64,000 nucleotides of DNA from Nitrospinota bacterium (GTDB taxonomy: Bacteria; Nitrospinota_A; UBA7883). Below are positions 49,204 to 60,088 of the stretch, piece after piece (position 1 is the stretch's first letter; the number at the start of each line of letters is the position of its first letter). Under the pieces are notes generated by a model that was not told the origin of the DNA, made no database searches, and saw only the letters and a list, made by a program, of their open reading frames with translations. Location of the stretch: contig CBDCXE010000005.1 in NCBI GenBank assembly GCA_965223725.1, positions 448,809 through 512,808 on the forward strand, given 5' to 3'. The translations under genes were made by a program, and so were the position numbers.

Positions 49204-50544
49204 CTACTTCTCTCCATATTTCGTGATGACGGATACGCCGACATCGTTGAGGAACTTGCTGGGCGGCTCTCCACCTGCAAAAATAAATACGAAGTCATTG
49301 GCGACTTTGCTACTATTCCCGTTTTGTGACAATGTGACATGCTGGTCGCTGATTTCTATGACGTTAGAGCCAAGTAGCAGATCTATCTTTTCACTGTTCA
49401 CCGCGTTTTCCAGCTTATCCAGATTGGCTTGTTTGATACGGGTGAATTGATCTTTTCTGTAGGAAAGGGTCACCCTCGCATTATTTTCCGCCAGGGCCAT
49501 GGATGCTTCCACTGCGCTATCCCCACCGCCGACCACAACCACGTTATTGTCGCAGTATCGCTCCGGCTCCAGCAAGCGATACATTACCTTGCCCGATTTT
49601 TCACCAGGCACATCCAGCTTTTTTGGGATGCCGCGCCTGCCGACACAGAGCAGCAGATATCGTGATTTGATCTCACGCCTGGCAGTCTTTATCACAAACG
49701 TGTCGCCGCTTTTTTTGGCTGATTCCACCTGTTCGTTTAACGATATTTTAAGTGAAGTTTTGTGAACTATATCCAGCCACAACTCCATCAGTTCTTCCTT
49801 CGTTATCTCCGTTTTTTTCAGTTTGCCGAAATAAGGGATGTTGAAAGGTGATGTCATTACAACCTTATACCGTGGATAGCTGAGAATCGAACCGCCCAGC
49901 TGCTCCTCCCGCTCCAGGGTGACAAAGTTTAATTTTTCTTTCTTCGCTTTCAATGACGCCGACAGCCCGGCCGGACCGGAGCCAACAATGACCAGGTCGT
50001 AACAGTCAGGTTTTGAATATCTGTGCTCGACCAGATCTTTTTTTATATAGCCGACAGCTTGCTGTCCCTGGTTGACAGCGTTTTTGATCAGCCCCATGCC
50101 GCCCAGCTCGCCCGCGATATATAGCCGTTTTACATTCGACTCGAAATTGGGTGATACGTCCGGTATATCAACACCGCGTCGCTCTGACCCGAACACCAAG
50201 GTGATCGCCCCCACCGGGCATTGCTGGGCGCATGCGCCATGGCCGACACATTGCGACGCGCATATGGTGGTCGATTTATTATCGACCATGCCAAGGATGG
50301 TTTTTTCGGGGCAAGTGTTCACGCAACCGCCGCTGCCGATGCAGATGCTCCTGTCGACCTTTGGGTGGATGGTTATCGGCTCGTGCAGGCCCATTTTGCG
50401 GGCGTTAACGATTTTTTTCCTGACCCTCCTGGAGCCGCTTTTCTGAAAATACAGATAAGGTCCGACGGTGACCAGCGCCAGGAACAGGGCGATGATCGCC
50501 ACCAGATGATTGTCGATGATATATGTGAGAGTATCCATCAGCAA
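49204..50544 (-). CDS. Membrane-anchored 2x[4Fe-4S] ferredoxin fused to an FAD/NAD(P)-binding pyridine nucleotide-disulfide oxidoreductase (thioredoxin-reductase-like)
   Basis: It has an N-terminal TM segment. CIGSGGCVNTCP and CVGHGACAQQCP are the two cluster motifs. VIVGSGPAGLSA is the FAD dinucleotide motif and VVVVGGGDSAVEAS the NAD(P) motif. Confidence 0.75.
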   Translation of the reverse strand: MLMDTLTYIIDNHLVAIIALFLALVTVGPYLYFQKSGSRRVRKKIVNARKMGLHEPITIHPKVDRSICIGSGGCVNTCPEKTILGMVDNKSTTICASQCVGHGACAQQCPVGAITLVFGSERRGVDIPDVSPNFESNVKRLYIAGELGGMGLIKNAVNQGQQAVGYIKKDLVEHRYSKPDCYDLVIVGSGPAGLSASLKAKKEKLNFVTLEREEQLGGSILSYPRYKVVMTSPFNIPYFGKLKKTEITKEELMELWLDIVHKTSLKISLNEQVESAKKSGDTFVIKTARREIKSRYLLLCVGRRGIPKKLDVPGEKSGKVMYRLLEPERYCDNNVVVVGGGDSAVEASMALAENNARVTLSYRKDQFTRIKQANLDKLENAVNSEKIDLLLGSNVIEISDQHVTLSQNGNSSKVANDFVFIFAGGEPPSKFLNDVGVSVITKYGEK

Positions 50545-50561
50545 ATTATAGCTATGACGTT

Positions 50562-51506
50562 TTATACCTCAACTCGAAATATCAGGTAGACAGCGATGTG
50601 TATGAACATGACCAGAAACATAATCGCCGCCAACGGTTTGTGAAGCACATGCCAGTAATGGAGCAACCTGCGAGCTGTGGAGAGAAAATTTACCGACCGG
50701 ATCATGACGCTTTTTCGTTTTATCAGCTTGAATATTTTTCGTTTGGCGTGTGCCGGCAGCCTGCTGTCGAAGCCAAGCTCGAACCAGATCCGTATGATCC
50801 GGAACATGTTGCGAATGTCGTAGGAGACCATTTTGACAACAGAGACTAATATGCTTTTTTCTTTATCGATTTGCGGTGCGAATATCTGGTCGTAATATCG
50901 GACAGAGCCAGCCTCTTCATCGGTAAAGCTGGCGATCGCTTTATCTGTGCTGGCTATGGTTGACCGAATCTCGTTTATCTCCAGCTCCCTGCCAGAGACC
51001 TGGTGCGGTATCCATCCATAAATATAGCGCCCGAACAGCCCACTGACGGCGACGATCATCATCGACCAGTAGCTGATGGCCACCAGACCGTCAAATTTGT
51101 ATGTGGAGTGGGCGGTGATCAGCGCGGCGCCCACAATGCCGAGGAACATATGAGTGTCGAGCCACAGCCGTATCGGCCCCAGCGCACGCATAAACCGAAA
51201 CCGCTTGCGGATGGAATAGAGCATCATGATAATAAAACAGACCGACCCGATGATACCCGTGGGCAGCCATAACCCCTTGTTTGGCTGGATCGAACGTTCG
51301 TATTTTACCAGATAACCGTTATCATGAGCGATATCGAGCAGGCTAATCGGCGCTCTACTAATCTGCAGGTAACTTTCGACCAGCACAACGGAGCAGATGA
51401 TCGCCCCAGCTATTATCAATAACCCTGGGAAAAGCACGCCAGCGTCCTGATCCAGGGCGTGGGCCTCTTCCTCCAAGCTGTTTTTCCTAACACCTACTTT
51501 ATCCAC
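50562..51506 (-). CDS. Hypothetical integral membrane protein with His-rich TM helices (candidate b-type cytochrome)
   Basis: 314 aa with about 6 TM helices. His pairs are embedded in the TM segments (HMFLGIVGAALITAH; HYWHVLHKPLAAIMFLVMFIH). It is co-directional with, and 18 nt upstream of, the ferredoxin-flavoprotein gene. Confidence 0.5.
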   Translation of the reverse strand: MDKVGVRKNSLEEEAHALDQDAGVLFPGLLIIAGAIICSVVLVESYLQISRAPISLLDIAHDNGYLVKYERSIQPNKGLWLPTGIIGSVCFIIMMLYSIRKRFRFMRALGPIRLWLDTHMFLGIVGAALITAHSTYKFDGLVAISYWSMMIVAVSGLFGRYIYGWIPHQVSGRELEINEIRSTIASTDKAIASFTDEEAGSVRYYDQIFAPQIDKEKSILVSVVKMVSYDIRNMFRIIRIWFELGFDSRLPAHAKRKIFKLIKRKSVMIRSVNFLSTARRLLHYWHVLHKPLAAIMFLVMFIHIAVYLIFRVEV

Positions 51507-51904
51507 TTAACTGGCAAAATCGAAGAATGTAAAAAAAGAGCGCTACATCGAGTAGTAGCCTGTATGAGGAAAGGATATAATCTGGGAGTTCAGGTTGTCA
51601 ACGAGATAAGATATATAACGACCGCTACGGCAGCGATAACAATACCAGCGTAAGCCACACCATCAAATAAAAACAGAACGCTATCTTTTATATGATTTAT
51701 TTTATTCATATATATTTTTCCCATTTGCGAATGTTTGCTCTATGCTTTTATTATCGAAAAGCAAAAAGCGCGCCGTTTTCTTATAATCAATCATTACAAC
51801 TGGATACATATTAATAAACCTGATCATATGATGAGATTGAATGGTTTTGTATACAGCATTGTGTCCTGAATAAGAACATAACTAAGTTATTTTATGCGAT
51901 TTAC

Positions 51905-51950
51905 CATTTGATTGTTCAAAATATAATTGATTGTTATAATCAATCTCATT
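51905..51950 (+). promoter_or_regulatory. Putative promoter with an overlapping operator for the carbonic anhydrase gene
   Basis: TATAAT lies at 51935-51940. A perfect inverted repeat TTGATT-N5-AATCAA (51927-51943) overlaps it. The direct repeat TTGATTGTT occurs at 51908 and 51927. The identical 12-mer ttataatcaatc also occurs at 51782. Confidence 0.35.
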
Positions 51951-52013
51951 CAGCAGGTTGGATATTACTTATGATGAACAGTTTGGTCACAATTATTTCT
52001 AAAGGAGGGCGCC

Positions 52014-52511
52014 ATGAGTGTTACAGATGAAGCGCTTAAGGGTAATGAAGAGTACGCATCCAATTTTAGTAAAAGTGACCTGGCAATGCTACCAGAGAAA
52101 AGGCTTGCCGTGGTGGCATGTATGGACGCGCGTATTATAGTGACCGCTATATTGGGACTGAGAAATGGTGACGCGCATGTGATCCGCAACGCTGGTGGAA
52201 TAGTTTCGGAGGACGCCATGCGATCGTTGATAATATCGCACCATCTATTGGGTACGCAGGAGATAATGATCATCAACCATACTGATTGTGGAATGCTTAC
52301 GTTCAAAAATGATGAGCTGCGGGGCGAACTGAAAAAAGCAACTGGCGCAGACAGTGTCACGCCCAACGATTTTCACGCGTTTTCAGATATAGAGCAAAAT
52401 GTGCGCGAACAGATACAGAAGGTTAAGTCCCATCCATGGATACCAGACACCATACCGGTGCGTGGGTTCATTTACGACGTGAAGACCGGCAAGCTTGGAG
52501 AAGTTACCTAA
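52014..52511 (+). CDS. Beta-class carbonic anhydrase
   Basis: 165 aa. CMDAR and HTDCG are the zinc-ligand motifs of beta-carbonic anhydrases. Confidence 0.85.
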   Translation: MSVTDEALKGNEEYASNFSKSDLAMLPEKRLAVVACMDARIIVTAILGLRNGDAHVIRNAGGIVSEDAMRSLIISHHLLGTQEIMIINHTDCGMLTFKNDELRGELKKATGADSVTPNDFHAFSDIEQNVREQIQKVKSHPWIPDTIPVRGFIYDVKTGKLGEVT

Positions 52512-52565
52512 AATGTCATAATGGTCTGCGCAACCTGCGCGGTCACCGGTTCTGGCCATGTTTTT

Positions 52566-53369
52566 TTATTTGTATAACGCCTGACCAACCTTACGCATCC
52601 AGTCGAGCTCATCTTCAGACATTGGGCCTTTATCGACGGCGTCCAGCGCATGGCGCATCTGGTCGTCGTTGCCAGGGCCGGTGAGGCAGACATCGATGTT
52701 TCGGTTCGACAGGGCGAAACGGTAACAATCGCCCGCGGTGGGCGTTGCAAGCCCGCCAAGTCTGGCCGGGTCGGCCTTGATCAGCTGTTTCCACGATGTG
52801 GCGGTGAAGGCGACGATGCCGGGCCGGGACGCCATCCCTTTGGGGGGCAGTGATGGGAATACATCGTTCTCCGCTCCTGGGTGCTTAGCGTTGTATCGCA
52901 CATGAAAAAAGTCGCAGAACGGCTCTGCATGATATTTGTGAAAGTTCGGCCTGTAATGCGATGAGATGCCGATGTGGCGGATAATGCCTTCCTCCTTCAT
53001 CTCTATAGCAGGACCGAGTTGTAGTTTGCGCATCGGCGGCTTATCCTTGAACAGGAAAAACTGCAGCCCGTCAATATAATCTATATCCAGCGCTTTGCGC
53101 ACCTTTTCCACAGAATGGCGAATCATCTGGCCCGTGGGCGCCAGGCTGGTTATGGTGATGAAGATTTTGTCCCGATTTTGCTTCGCGATGTTCCGGAGCC
53201 CATCGCGCATGCCGCTGCGGCGCGACCACGCCCAGTAAAAGTAGTTCACACCCCGTTCATACGCTTCTTCTATCCCTCTGGCGCCAACGCCATAGGAGGA
53301 GCCGACCCCTAACGGACCAACGTCGAAACCAGTTTTCCCGAAAGTTCGGTTTTCAAATTTGTTATCCAC
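52566..53369 (-). CDS. Aldo/keto reductase family oxidoreductase
   Basis: 267 aa. GLGVGSSYG and the (alpha/beta)8 aldo/keto reductase pattern are present, along with the family's catalytic residue positions. Confidence 0.8.
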   Translation of the reverse strand: MDNKFENRTFGKTGFDVGPLGVGSSYGVGARGIEEAYERGVNYFYWAWSRRSGMRDGLRNIAKQNRDKIFITITSLAPTGQMIRHSVEKVRKALDIDYIDGLQFFLFKDKPPMRKLQLGPAIEMKEEGIIRHIGISSHYRPNFHKYHAEPFCDFFHVRYNAKHPGAENDVFPSLPPKGMASRPGIVAFTATSWKQLIKADPARLGGLATPTAGDCYRFALSNRNIDVCLTGPGNDDQMRHALDAVDKGPMSEDELDWMRKVGQALYK

Positions 53370-54168
53370 TTATCGACTCCTTCAGTTGCCGGGCGTTGAT
53401 GGCCGCCTGGCCCCGGGCATGGTTGCACAACACAACCGCAATCTCACCGGCCAGCTGTTCGCTGCTTCGTATCTGTTCGACTATTTTATCAATTTGCGTT
53501 TGGCTATACAGATAATCGCTACGTTCGGTGGGCCCCTCGAACCACTTTTCGTTCTGACCATGGAGCCGAAAATATGCCAGGTTTGATGTGACCTTTGGGT
53601 TGAACCGCGCAAGCTTCGGCAGGCTTGGCATGTCGGCGATCGAATAAGCCACATTCAAGCTTGATAAAAAATCGAACACCGTTTGCGCCACCCAGCTTTC
53701 ATGACGAAGCTCCACCGTCAGCTGCGCCGGATATATCTTTTCCGCCAGCCATGCCAGGTGATCTTGCGCGCCGTGAATGCGTGTAAATTTCAGAGGGAAC
53801 TGGGCCAGCACGGTCAGCAATTTGCCGCTTTTGATTAACGGCTCCAATCCTCTCAGATATTCATCGACCGCAATTTCATTTCGCAAAAACGAACCGTCGC
53901 TGTCTCGCAGACGCTCGGTGATGGCGCTGCTTGCCTTGGCGGTGAACCGGAAATCGTCCGGCGTATTTTCTATCAGCGCGTCCAGCCACGCCCTCTCGGG
54001 CGCCTCTCTGTATGTCTGGCCCAGCTCCACCGTGTCAAGCTTCAGCTCCTCCACGTAATAACGGAGCTTCTGATTGTCGTCCAGTCCATCCGGATAGATC
54101 GGCCCGGTCCAATCGTTGTACAGGTAACCGGACGCCCCCACCAATATCTTGCCGCTACTCTCTTCCAT
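53362..54168 (-). CDS. DUF72 (YecE/UPF0759) family protein
   Basis: 268 aa. YFRLHG and the overall DUF72 pattern are present. It overlaps the aldo/keto reductase gene by 8 nt. Confidence 0.85.
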   Translation of the reverse strand: MEESSGKILVGASGYLYNDWTGPIYPDGLDDNQKLRYYVEELKLDTVELGQTYREAPERAWLDALIENTPDDFRFTAKASSAITERLRDSDGSFLRNEIAVDEYLRGLEPLIKSGKLLTVLAQFPLKFTRIHGAQDHLAWLAEKIYPAQLTVELRHESWVAQTVFDFLSSLNVAYSIADMPSLPKLARFNPKVTSNLAYFRLHGQNEKWFEGPTERSDYLYSQTQIDKIVEQIRSSEQLAGEIAVVLCNHARGQAAINARQLKESISG

Positions 54169-54180
54169 CTATCCCCATTT

Positions 54181-54808
<628 letters not shown>

Positions 54809-54834
<26 letters not shown>

Positions 54835-55936
54835 CCGGCCCCGGCCGATTGCGCAATAAAATATCGCCCTCGGTCAATCCTTCCGTTATCTCAGTCTCGA
54901 ACCCGTTGGACAGCCCGGACGTGATAACCCGCTCTGTCACCGAGGCGCCGCTTTTCAGATAGACAAAACTTTCACCCTTATCGTTGAGGTGGATGATCTC
55001 GTCCGGTATCACCAGGGTGTCCGCTTTCGATTCGATAACCATATCCACGTTGGCTGTCATCTTCGGCCGCAGCATATCGCGCAGTTTGTCCAGCACCTCT
55101 ATCTTCACCCGGAAGGCGGTGATGTTATCGCTCTCTTCGCCCACCGGATAGATTCTGGTCACGGCGCCTTCGAAATTTGTATTGTCATATGCGTCCACCG
55201 TCACCTTGACCTTCTGGCTCAGCTTGACTTTGCCGATATCGGTCTCGTCCACCATGGCAAAGATGAATAACCGCGACAGGTCGGCGATGACGCACAGCTT
55301 GGTGCCGCCGGTCACCGACGATATGCCGGAGGAGATGATCTGTCCCCGTTCAACGGTTTTCTCCACCACCACTCCGTCGATGGGCGACCGGATGACCGTT
55401 TCGCTCAGCCGTTCGTTGGCGTCCTCCACACCCAGGCGCGCCTTGGCGATGACCGCTTCGATCTCTGCGATTCTGGCTTGCGCCATGTCCAGCTCGGTGA
55501 CGGCGGTGTCCCGCTCCTGATCAGAGACCAGCTTTTTGTCAAACAGTTTGCGGACACGCTTCAACTTCAGTTTCCGATCCTTCAGGCTTGCCCTGGCGGA
55601 TTTGAGTTCTGACAGCGCCTTGTCCAGGTCCGCCTTTTTCTGCGCCAGGTTCCGCTGCTCGGTCCGCTGGTCCAGGGTCAGCAGGATATCGCCTTTTTTA
55701 ACAGCGTCGCCCGGCTCATAATCGAATTTCAGGATTTCACCGGAGGCTTTCGATTTTACCTCCACCTGAAAGTTCGGCTCCACAACGCCGGAGGCGGAGA
55801 CGGAGACCACCAGGTCTGCCCGGATCACTTTTTCGGTCCTCTCTTTGTCATTGCTGTCTGCCGGTCGTATCTTGAAATAGTAATACCCACCGCCGACCAA
55901 AACAGCCAGAAGGATAGCCACTGCCACTTTTTTCAT
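54809..55936 (-). CDS. HlyD/MacA-family periplasmic adaptor (membrane fusion protein)
   Basis: 375 aa with an N-terminal TM segment, a long coiled-coil (QKKADLDKALSELKSARASL...) and beta-barrel/MP domains. It overlaps the ABC ATPase start by 26 nt. Confidence 0.85.
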
Positions 55937-56040
55937 CCAGTGATTTTATCATCACAGGCCGATCAAGGTGAAGGTTATGATAAAAATCTGTTAAACTTAC
56001 GTCTGCTTTTAATTAATGAAAATCTGGGACCGAACGATAG

Positions 56041-57240
56041 ATGAAAAAAGTTAATAAAGTTATTCTGGCCTATTCCGGCGGGCTCGACACATCGGTGATC
56101 GTCCGCTGGCTGGTGGAGACATACGACTGCGAAGTGATCTGCTTCGCCGCCGACCTGGGGCAGGGCGAAGAGCTGAAACCGCTGAATAAAAAAGCCAAAC
56201 TGGCTGGCGCCTCGAAGCTGGTGGTGCGCGACCTTAAAGAGACATTCGTGAAGGATTACGTCTTTCCGATGTTGCGGACGAACGCCCTGTACGAAGGGGC
56301 GTATATGCTCGGCACATCCATCGCCCGCCCGCTGATCGCCAAGGCGCAGGTCGATATCGCAAAGCAGGAGAAGGCGGACGCCGTCTCCCATGGCGCCACC
56401 GGCAAGGGTAACGACCAGGTACGGTTCGAGCTGTCGTATTACGCGCTCAACCCGAAGATACGCTGCATCGCCCCATGGCGAGAGTGGGACCTGACCTCCC
56501 GCGAGGCGCTGGTCGCCTATGCGCGTAAGTGGAAGATACCGGTCGGCTCGCCGAAGAAAAAACCGTGGTCGATGGACCGCAACATGCTCCACCTGTCGTT
56601 CGAGGGTGACACACTGGAGGACCCGTGGGCGACACCGCCGGAGGAGATGTTCATGCTGACCAAATCGCCGAAGGAGGCGCCGGATAAAGAGACGGTGATC
56701 ACCATCGACTATAAAAAGGGTGACCCGGTGGCGGTGAACGGTAAGAAGATGAGCCCGGCAAAGCTGCTGGCGCATCTGAACAAGCTGGCCGGACGTAACG
56801 GAATAGGGAGGATCGACCTGGTGGAGAGCCGGTTCGTCGGCATGAAGTCGCGCGGAGTGTATGAAACGCCGGGTGGGACGATCCTGCATACGGCGCACCG
56901 GGCGGTGGAGTCGCTCACCCTCGACCGGGAAGTGATCAAACTGCGCGACTCGCTGATCCCGAAATATGCGGAGCTGGTCTATAACGGCTTCTGGTTCGCG
57001 CCGGAGCGGGAAGCGTTGCAGACACTGATGGACGAAATTCAGAAACCAGTGACCGGGACGGTGCGCCTGTCGTTATACAAAGGTAACGTGACCGTGCAGG
57101 GCCGCAAGGCGCCGAAGTCGCTGTTCGATCCAAGGTTCGCCACGTTTGAAGAGGACACGGTATATAACCAGGCGGACGCCGAAGGATTTATCAAGCTCAA
57201 CGCCCTGCGGCTGAAGATTAGGAACATGCTTGGTCAATAG
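56041..57240 (+). CDS. argG: Argininosuccinate synthase
   Basis: 399 aa. AYSGGLDTS is the PP-loop. Confidence 0.95.
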   Translation: MKKVNKVILAYSGGLDTSVIVRWLVETYDCEVICFAADLGQGEELKPLNKKAKLAGASKLVVRDLKETFVKDYVFPMLRTNALYEGAYMLGTSIARPLIAKAQVDIAKQEKADAVSHGATGKGNDQVRFELSYYALNPKIRCIAPWREWDLTSREALVAYARKWKIPVGSPKKKPWSMDRNMLHLSFEGDTLEDPWATPPEEMFMLTKSPKEAPDKETVITIDYKKGDPVAVNGKKMSPAKLLAHLNKLAGRNGIGRIDLVESRFVGMKSRGVYETPGGTILHTAHRAVESLTLDREVIKLRDSLIPKYAELVYNGFWFAPEREALQTLMDEIQKPVTGTVRLSLYKGNVTVQGRKAPKSLFDPRFATFEEDTVYNQADAEGFIKLNALRLKIRNMLGQ

Positions 57241-57252
57241 GGGGTGGATGGT

Positions 57253-58125
57253 CTATTTGTCAGTAACCTCGTTCATGCTGCCTGTGCGGTAGCCCAGGAT
57301 ATCGAGGGTGACGTAGTTATAGCCGATCGCTTTCAGCGCTTTATATATCGCCTCGCTTTTGCTTGGGTCGATCGCTTTGCTGAATTCCGCAGGGTCCAGC
57401 TCTATCCGGGCGATGTAGCCATGATGCCGCACCCGGAGCTGCCCAAACCCCATCTCCTTCAATGCTCGCTCCGCTTGTTCCACCATCGACAGGTTATCGC
57501 TGGTGATCAGGTCGCCATACGGAATGCGCGAGGCGAGGCAGGCCATGGCCGGTTTGTCCCAGGTGGGCAGACCCATTTCTTTCGATAGCTCGCGGATCTC
57601 CTGTTTGGTGAGTCCAACAGATTGCAGGGGGCTGAGCACATCTTTCTCCCGTGCCGCTTGCGAACCGGGCCGGTGGTCGGAGAGATCGTCGGCGTTGGCG
57701 CCGTCCAGAATGGCGTTAATGTTCTCCGTTTCCGCGATTTCCACCAGCTTGCCGAACAGCTCGCCTTTGCAGTAGTAGCAACGGTCCATCGGGTTGCTTT
57801 GATAGTTCGGGTCGTCCAGCTCCTCCGATTCGATGATCATATGCTCCGCGCCGATCGATCGGGCCAGCTCTTGCGCCGCCTCCAGCTCCGACCGGGGATA
57901 GCTGGGCGAGCGGGCGGTGACAGCAAGCGCGCGGCCGCCGCTATTCGACAACGTATCGTGGGCCACCTTCAACATAAACGCGCTGTCCACCCCGCCAGAG
58001 TAGGCGACGATCACCGAGCTTAGCCTGGTAATCTGATCTTGCAAGGATGCCATCTTCTTTTGCGCAACCGATTCTTTTTTCAAATTTATCGACATCATTC
58101 GCCCTGCGGAAATTTCTGGTAACAT
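57253..58125 (-). CDS. LarE-family PP-loop ATP pyrophosphatase (TIGR00268; ATP-dependent sacrificial sulfur transferase family)
   Basis: AYSGGVDSAFML is the PP-loop. MACLASRIPYGD, LRVRHHGYIARIELDP and YVTLDILGYRTGSMNE align with recalled LarE. The true start may be an internal Met (MASLQDQ...). Confidence 0.75.
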   Translation of the reverse strand: MLPEISAGRMMSINLKKESVAQKKMASLQDQITRLSSVIVAYSGGVDSAFMLKVAHDTLSNSGGRALAVTARSPSYPRSELEAAQELARSIGAEHMIIESEELDDPNYQSNPMDRCYYCKGELFGKLVEIAETENINAILDGANADDLSDHRPGSQAAREKDVLSPLQSVGLTKQEIRELSKEMGLPTWDKPAMACLASRIPYGDLITSDNLSMVEQAERALKEMGFGQLRVRHHGYIARIELDPAEFSKAIDPSKSEAIYKALKAIGYNYVTLDILGYRTGSMNEVTDK

Positions 58126-58163
58126 ACAGTTCTACAATATCAGAATGGACCGAAATAGGAAAC

Positions 58164-58439
58164 ATGTTGCAGCTGGAGATAACCGATATCAAGGTTTACC
58201 CGTTCGATACTGGCGCAGCGGGCGGTAAGACCTTGGCCATGGTGGAAATAACTATAGATGACGCGCTTGTATTGAAAGGATTTCGGGTGATTGAGAGCAA
58301 GGGCGGTGGGCTGTTCGTCAGCTTTCCATCGGTGATGGGGCGCGACGGCAAATGGCGAGATACGGTTATACCCATGGATGGCGAGGTCAAAACCTTGATT
58401 CGTGACAAAATTGTGGAAGCTTATAAAAATTCAATTTGA
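58164..58439 (+). CDS. spoVG: Septation protein SpoVG
   Basis: MLQLEITDIKVYPFDTGAAGGKTLAMVEITIDDALVLKGFRVIESKGGGLFVSFPS closely parallels SpoVG. It is the internal part of ORF 58047..58439. Confidence 0.85.
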   Translation: MLQLEITDIKVYPFDTGAAGGKTLAMVEITIDDALVLKGFRVIESKGGGLFVSFPSVMGRDGKWRDTVIPMDGEVKTLIRDKIVEAYKNSI

Positions 58440-58540
58440 TCTTTCTTCCGCATGCCAATCGCCTTGATTTGAGGTGAGCCTCGGTGTATCTTACATACAA
58501 TCTGGTTATATTTTGATCTGAACATTGGGAGAAAAATATC

Positions 58541-60088
58541 GTGGCACGTGAGAAATGGGCGTCCCGAATTGGGATAATTCTTGCCGTGGCTGGCTCCGCT
58601 GTTGGGCTGGGCAACTTCCTTCGGTTTCCGGTGCAGGCGGCGCAAAATGGTGGCGGGGCATTCATGATCCCATACATAGTTGCGCTTATACTGTTGGGTA
58701 TACCCCTCTGTTGGGTGGAATGGAGCATGGGTCGCACGGCAGGGGGCAGGGGGCATGGTTCTGGACCCGGGATTTTTAATATGTTCTGGAACAACCGGGC
58801 AAGCCGCTATTTTGGCGCGCTCGGCATTTTCATACCTATGGTGATCTATCTCTATTATGTATACATAGAGGCGTGGTGCCTGGCATATGCATGGTTTTCA
58901 CTGACCGGTGATCTGGGAGCCGCCGCGAATGTTGGTCAGGCGAAAGAGTTTTTGACCGATTTCCAGGGGCTGGGCGATGGGACTTTTTTCTCCGGTTATG
59001 GCACGGCATATACATTTTTCCTGATCACATTTCTTATCAATTTCGCGGTTATTTATCAAGGCGTGACCCGCGGTATCGAGACCATCAGCAAGATCGCCAT
59101 GCCGCTGCTGGCTATACTGGGGATCATTATAATGTTTCGTGTTGTCACCCTGGGCGCGCCCGACCCGGCCAACCCAGGCTGGAGCGTATCGAGTGGTTTT
59201 GGGTTTTTATGGAACCCCGATTTTTCCACACTGGCCGACCCAAAGGTCTGGTTGGCGGCGGCAGGGCAGATTTTCTTCTCTGCATCCGTGGGGCTGGGGT
59301 TGATAATCACTTACGCCAGCTATCTAAAAAAAGATGACGATATCGCTCTGTCTGGTTTGTCGTCGATCTCCATAAACGAGTTTATGGAAGTGATAGTAGG
59401 CGCGTCCATTGCCATACCGGCGGCATACATTTTCTTCGGTCCAGTGGGGATAGTCGACATCGCCAACTCTGGCACATTCGGGCTTGGGTTCGTCACCATG
59501 CCGATGGTTTTCGACCAGATGCCGTTTACCGCCATATTGATGTTCATGTGGTTTTTCCTGCTGTTTCTTGCGGGGGTCACATCGTCGATATCGATGCTCC
59601 AGCCTGGCATTGCATTTCTGGAAGATGAATTTGGGATTGATCGCAAAGGGTCGGTAGGGATCATCGGAATTTTTACATTCATCGGCGCGCAGCCAGCCAT
59701 TTTCTTTCTGGCCAACGGTGTGTTGGACACTATGGATTTCTGGGCGGGGACATTTGGCATAGTTCTGTTCGCCACCGGTGAGATCATCCTGTTCTCCTGG
59801 ATATATGGCGCCGAACGAGGATTTGAAGAGCTTCATCATGGCGCAGATATTAAGGTGCCCAGATTTTACCTGTTTATCATCAAGTATATTACCCCTGCTT
59901 ATTTGTTGATCATCCTAGGCAGCTGGTTCTACAACAATGCTGGCTCCATCATGCCAGCTGCAGATAACCCAAACTTTGGCTATATCGTAGGGACTATGAT
60001 CGGGATGCTGTTTTTCTTTGGTGTGCTGTGTTTGTTGGTGGAAATAGCGTATCAGCGGGGCGCATTTAATAAAGGAGAGATAGAATGA
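58541..60088 (+). CDS. Sodium-dependent transporter, NSS/SNF family
   Basis: 515 aa with 12 TM segments. LGNFLRFP and WNPDF are NSS-family motifs. It has a GTG start. Confidence 0.9.
   Translation: MAREKWASRIGIILAVAGSAVGLGNFLRFPVQAAQNGGGAFMIPYIVALILLGIPLCWVEWSMGRTAGGRGHGSGPGIFNMFWNNRASRYFGALGIFIPMVIYLYYVYIEAWCLAYAWFSLTGDLGAAANVGQAKEFLTDFQGLGDGTFFSGYGTAYTFFLITFLINFAVIYQGVTRGIETISKIAMPLLAILGIIIMFRVVTLGAPDPANPGWSVSSGFGFLWNPDFSTLADPKVWLAAAGQIFFSASVGLGLIITYASYLKKDDDIALSGLSSISINEFMEVIVGASIAIPAAYIFFGPVGIVDIANSGTFGLGFVTMPMVFDQMPFTAILMFMWFFLLFLAGVTSSISMLQPGIAFLEDEFGIDRKGSVGIIGIFTFIGAQPAIFFLANGVLDTMDFWAGTFGIVLFATGEIILFSWIYGAERGFEELHHGADIKVPRFYLFIIKYITPAYLLIILGSWFYNNAGSIMPAADNPNFGYIVGTMIGMLFFFGVLCLLVEIAYQRGAFNKGEIE

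Noticed and set aside
51590-51709. 39-codon minus-strand ORF (MNKINHIKDSVLFLFDGVAYAGIVIAAVAVVIYLISLTT) in the AT-rich gap upstream of the His-rich membrane protein gene
   Set aside because: It is hydrophobic and plausibly a small membrane peptide, but it has only a weak RBS (gggaaaa) and no homology I can recognise. It is mentioned only as context, not called as a feature.
58541-58560. TGGCAC at the NSS gene start resembling a sigma54 -24 element
   Set aside because: There is no TTGC -12 element at the right spacing, and it lies inside the coding start, so it is a chance match.
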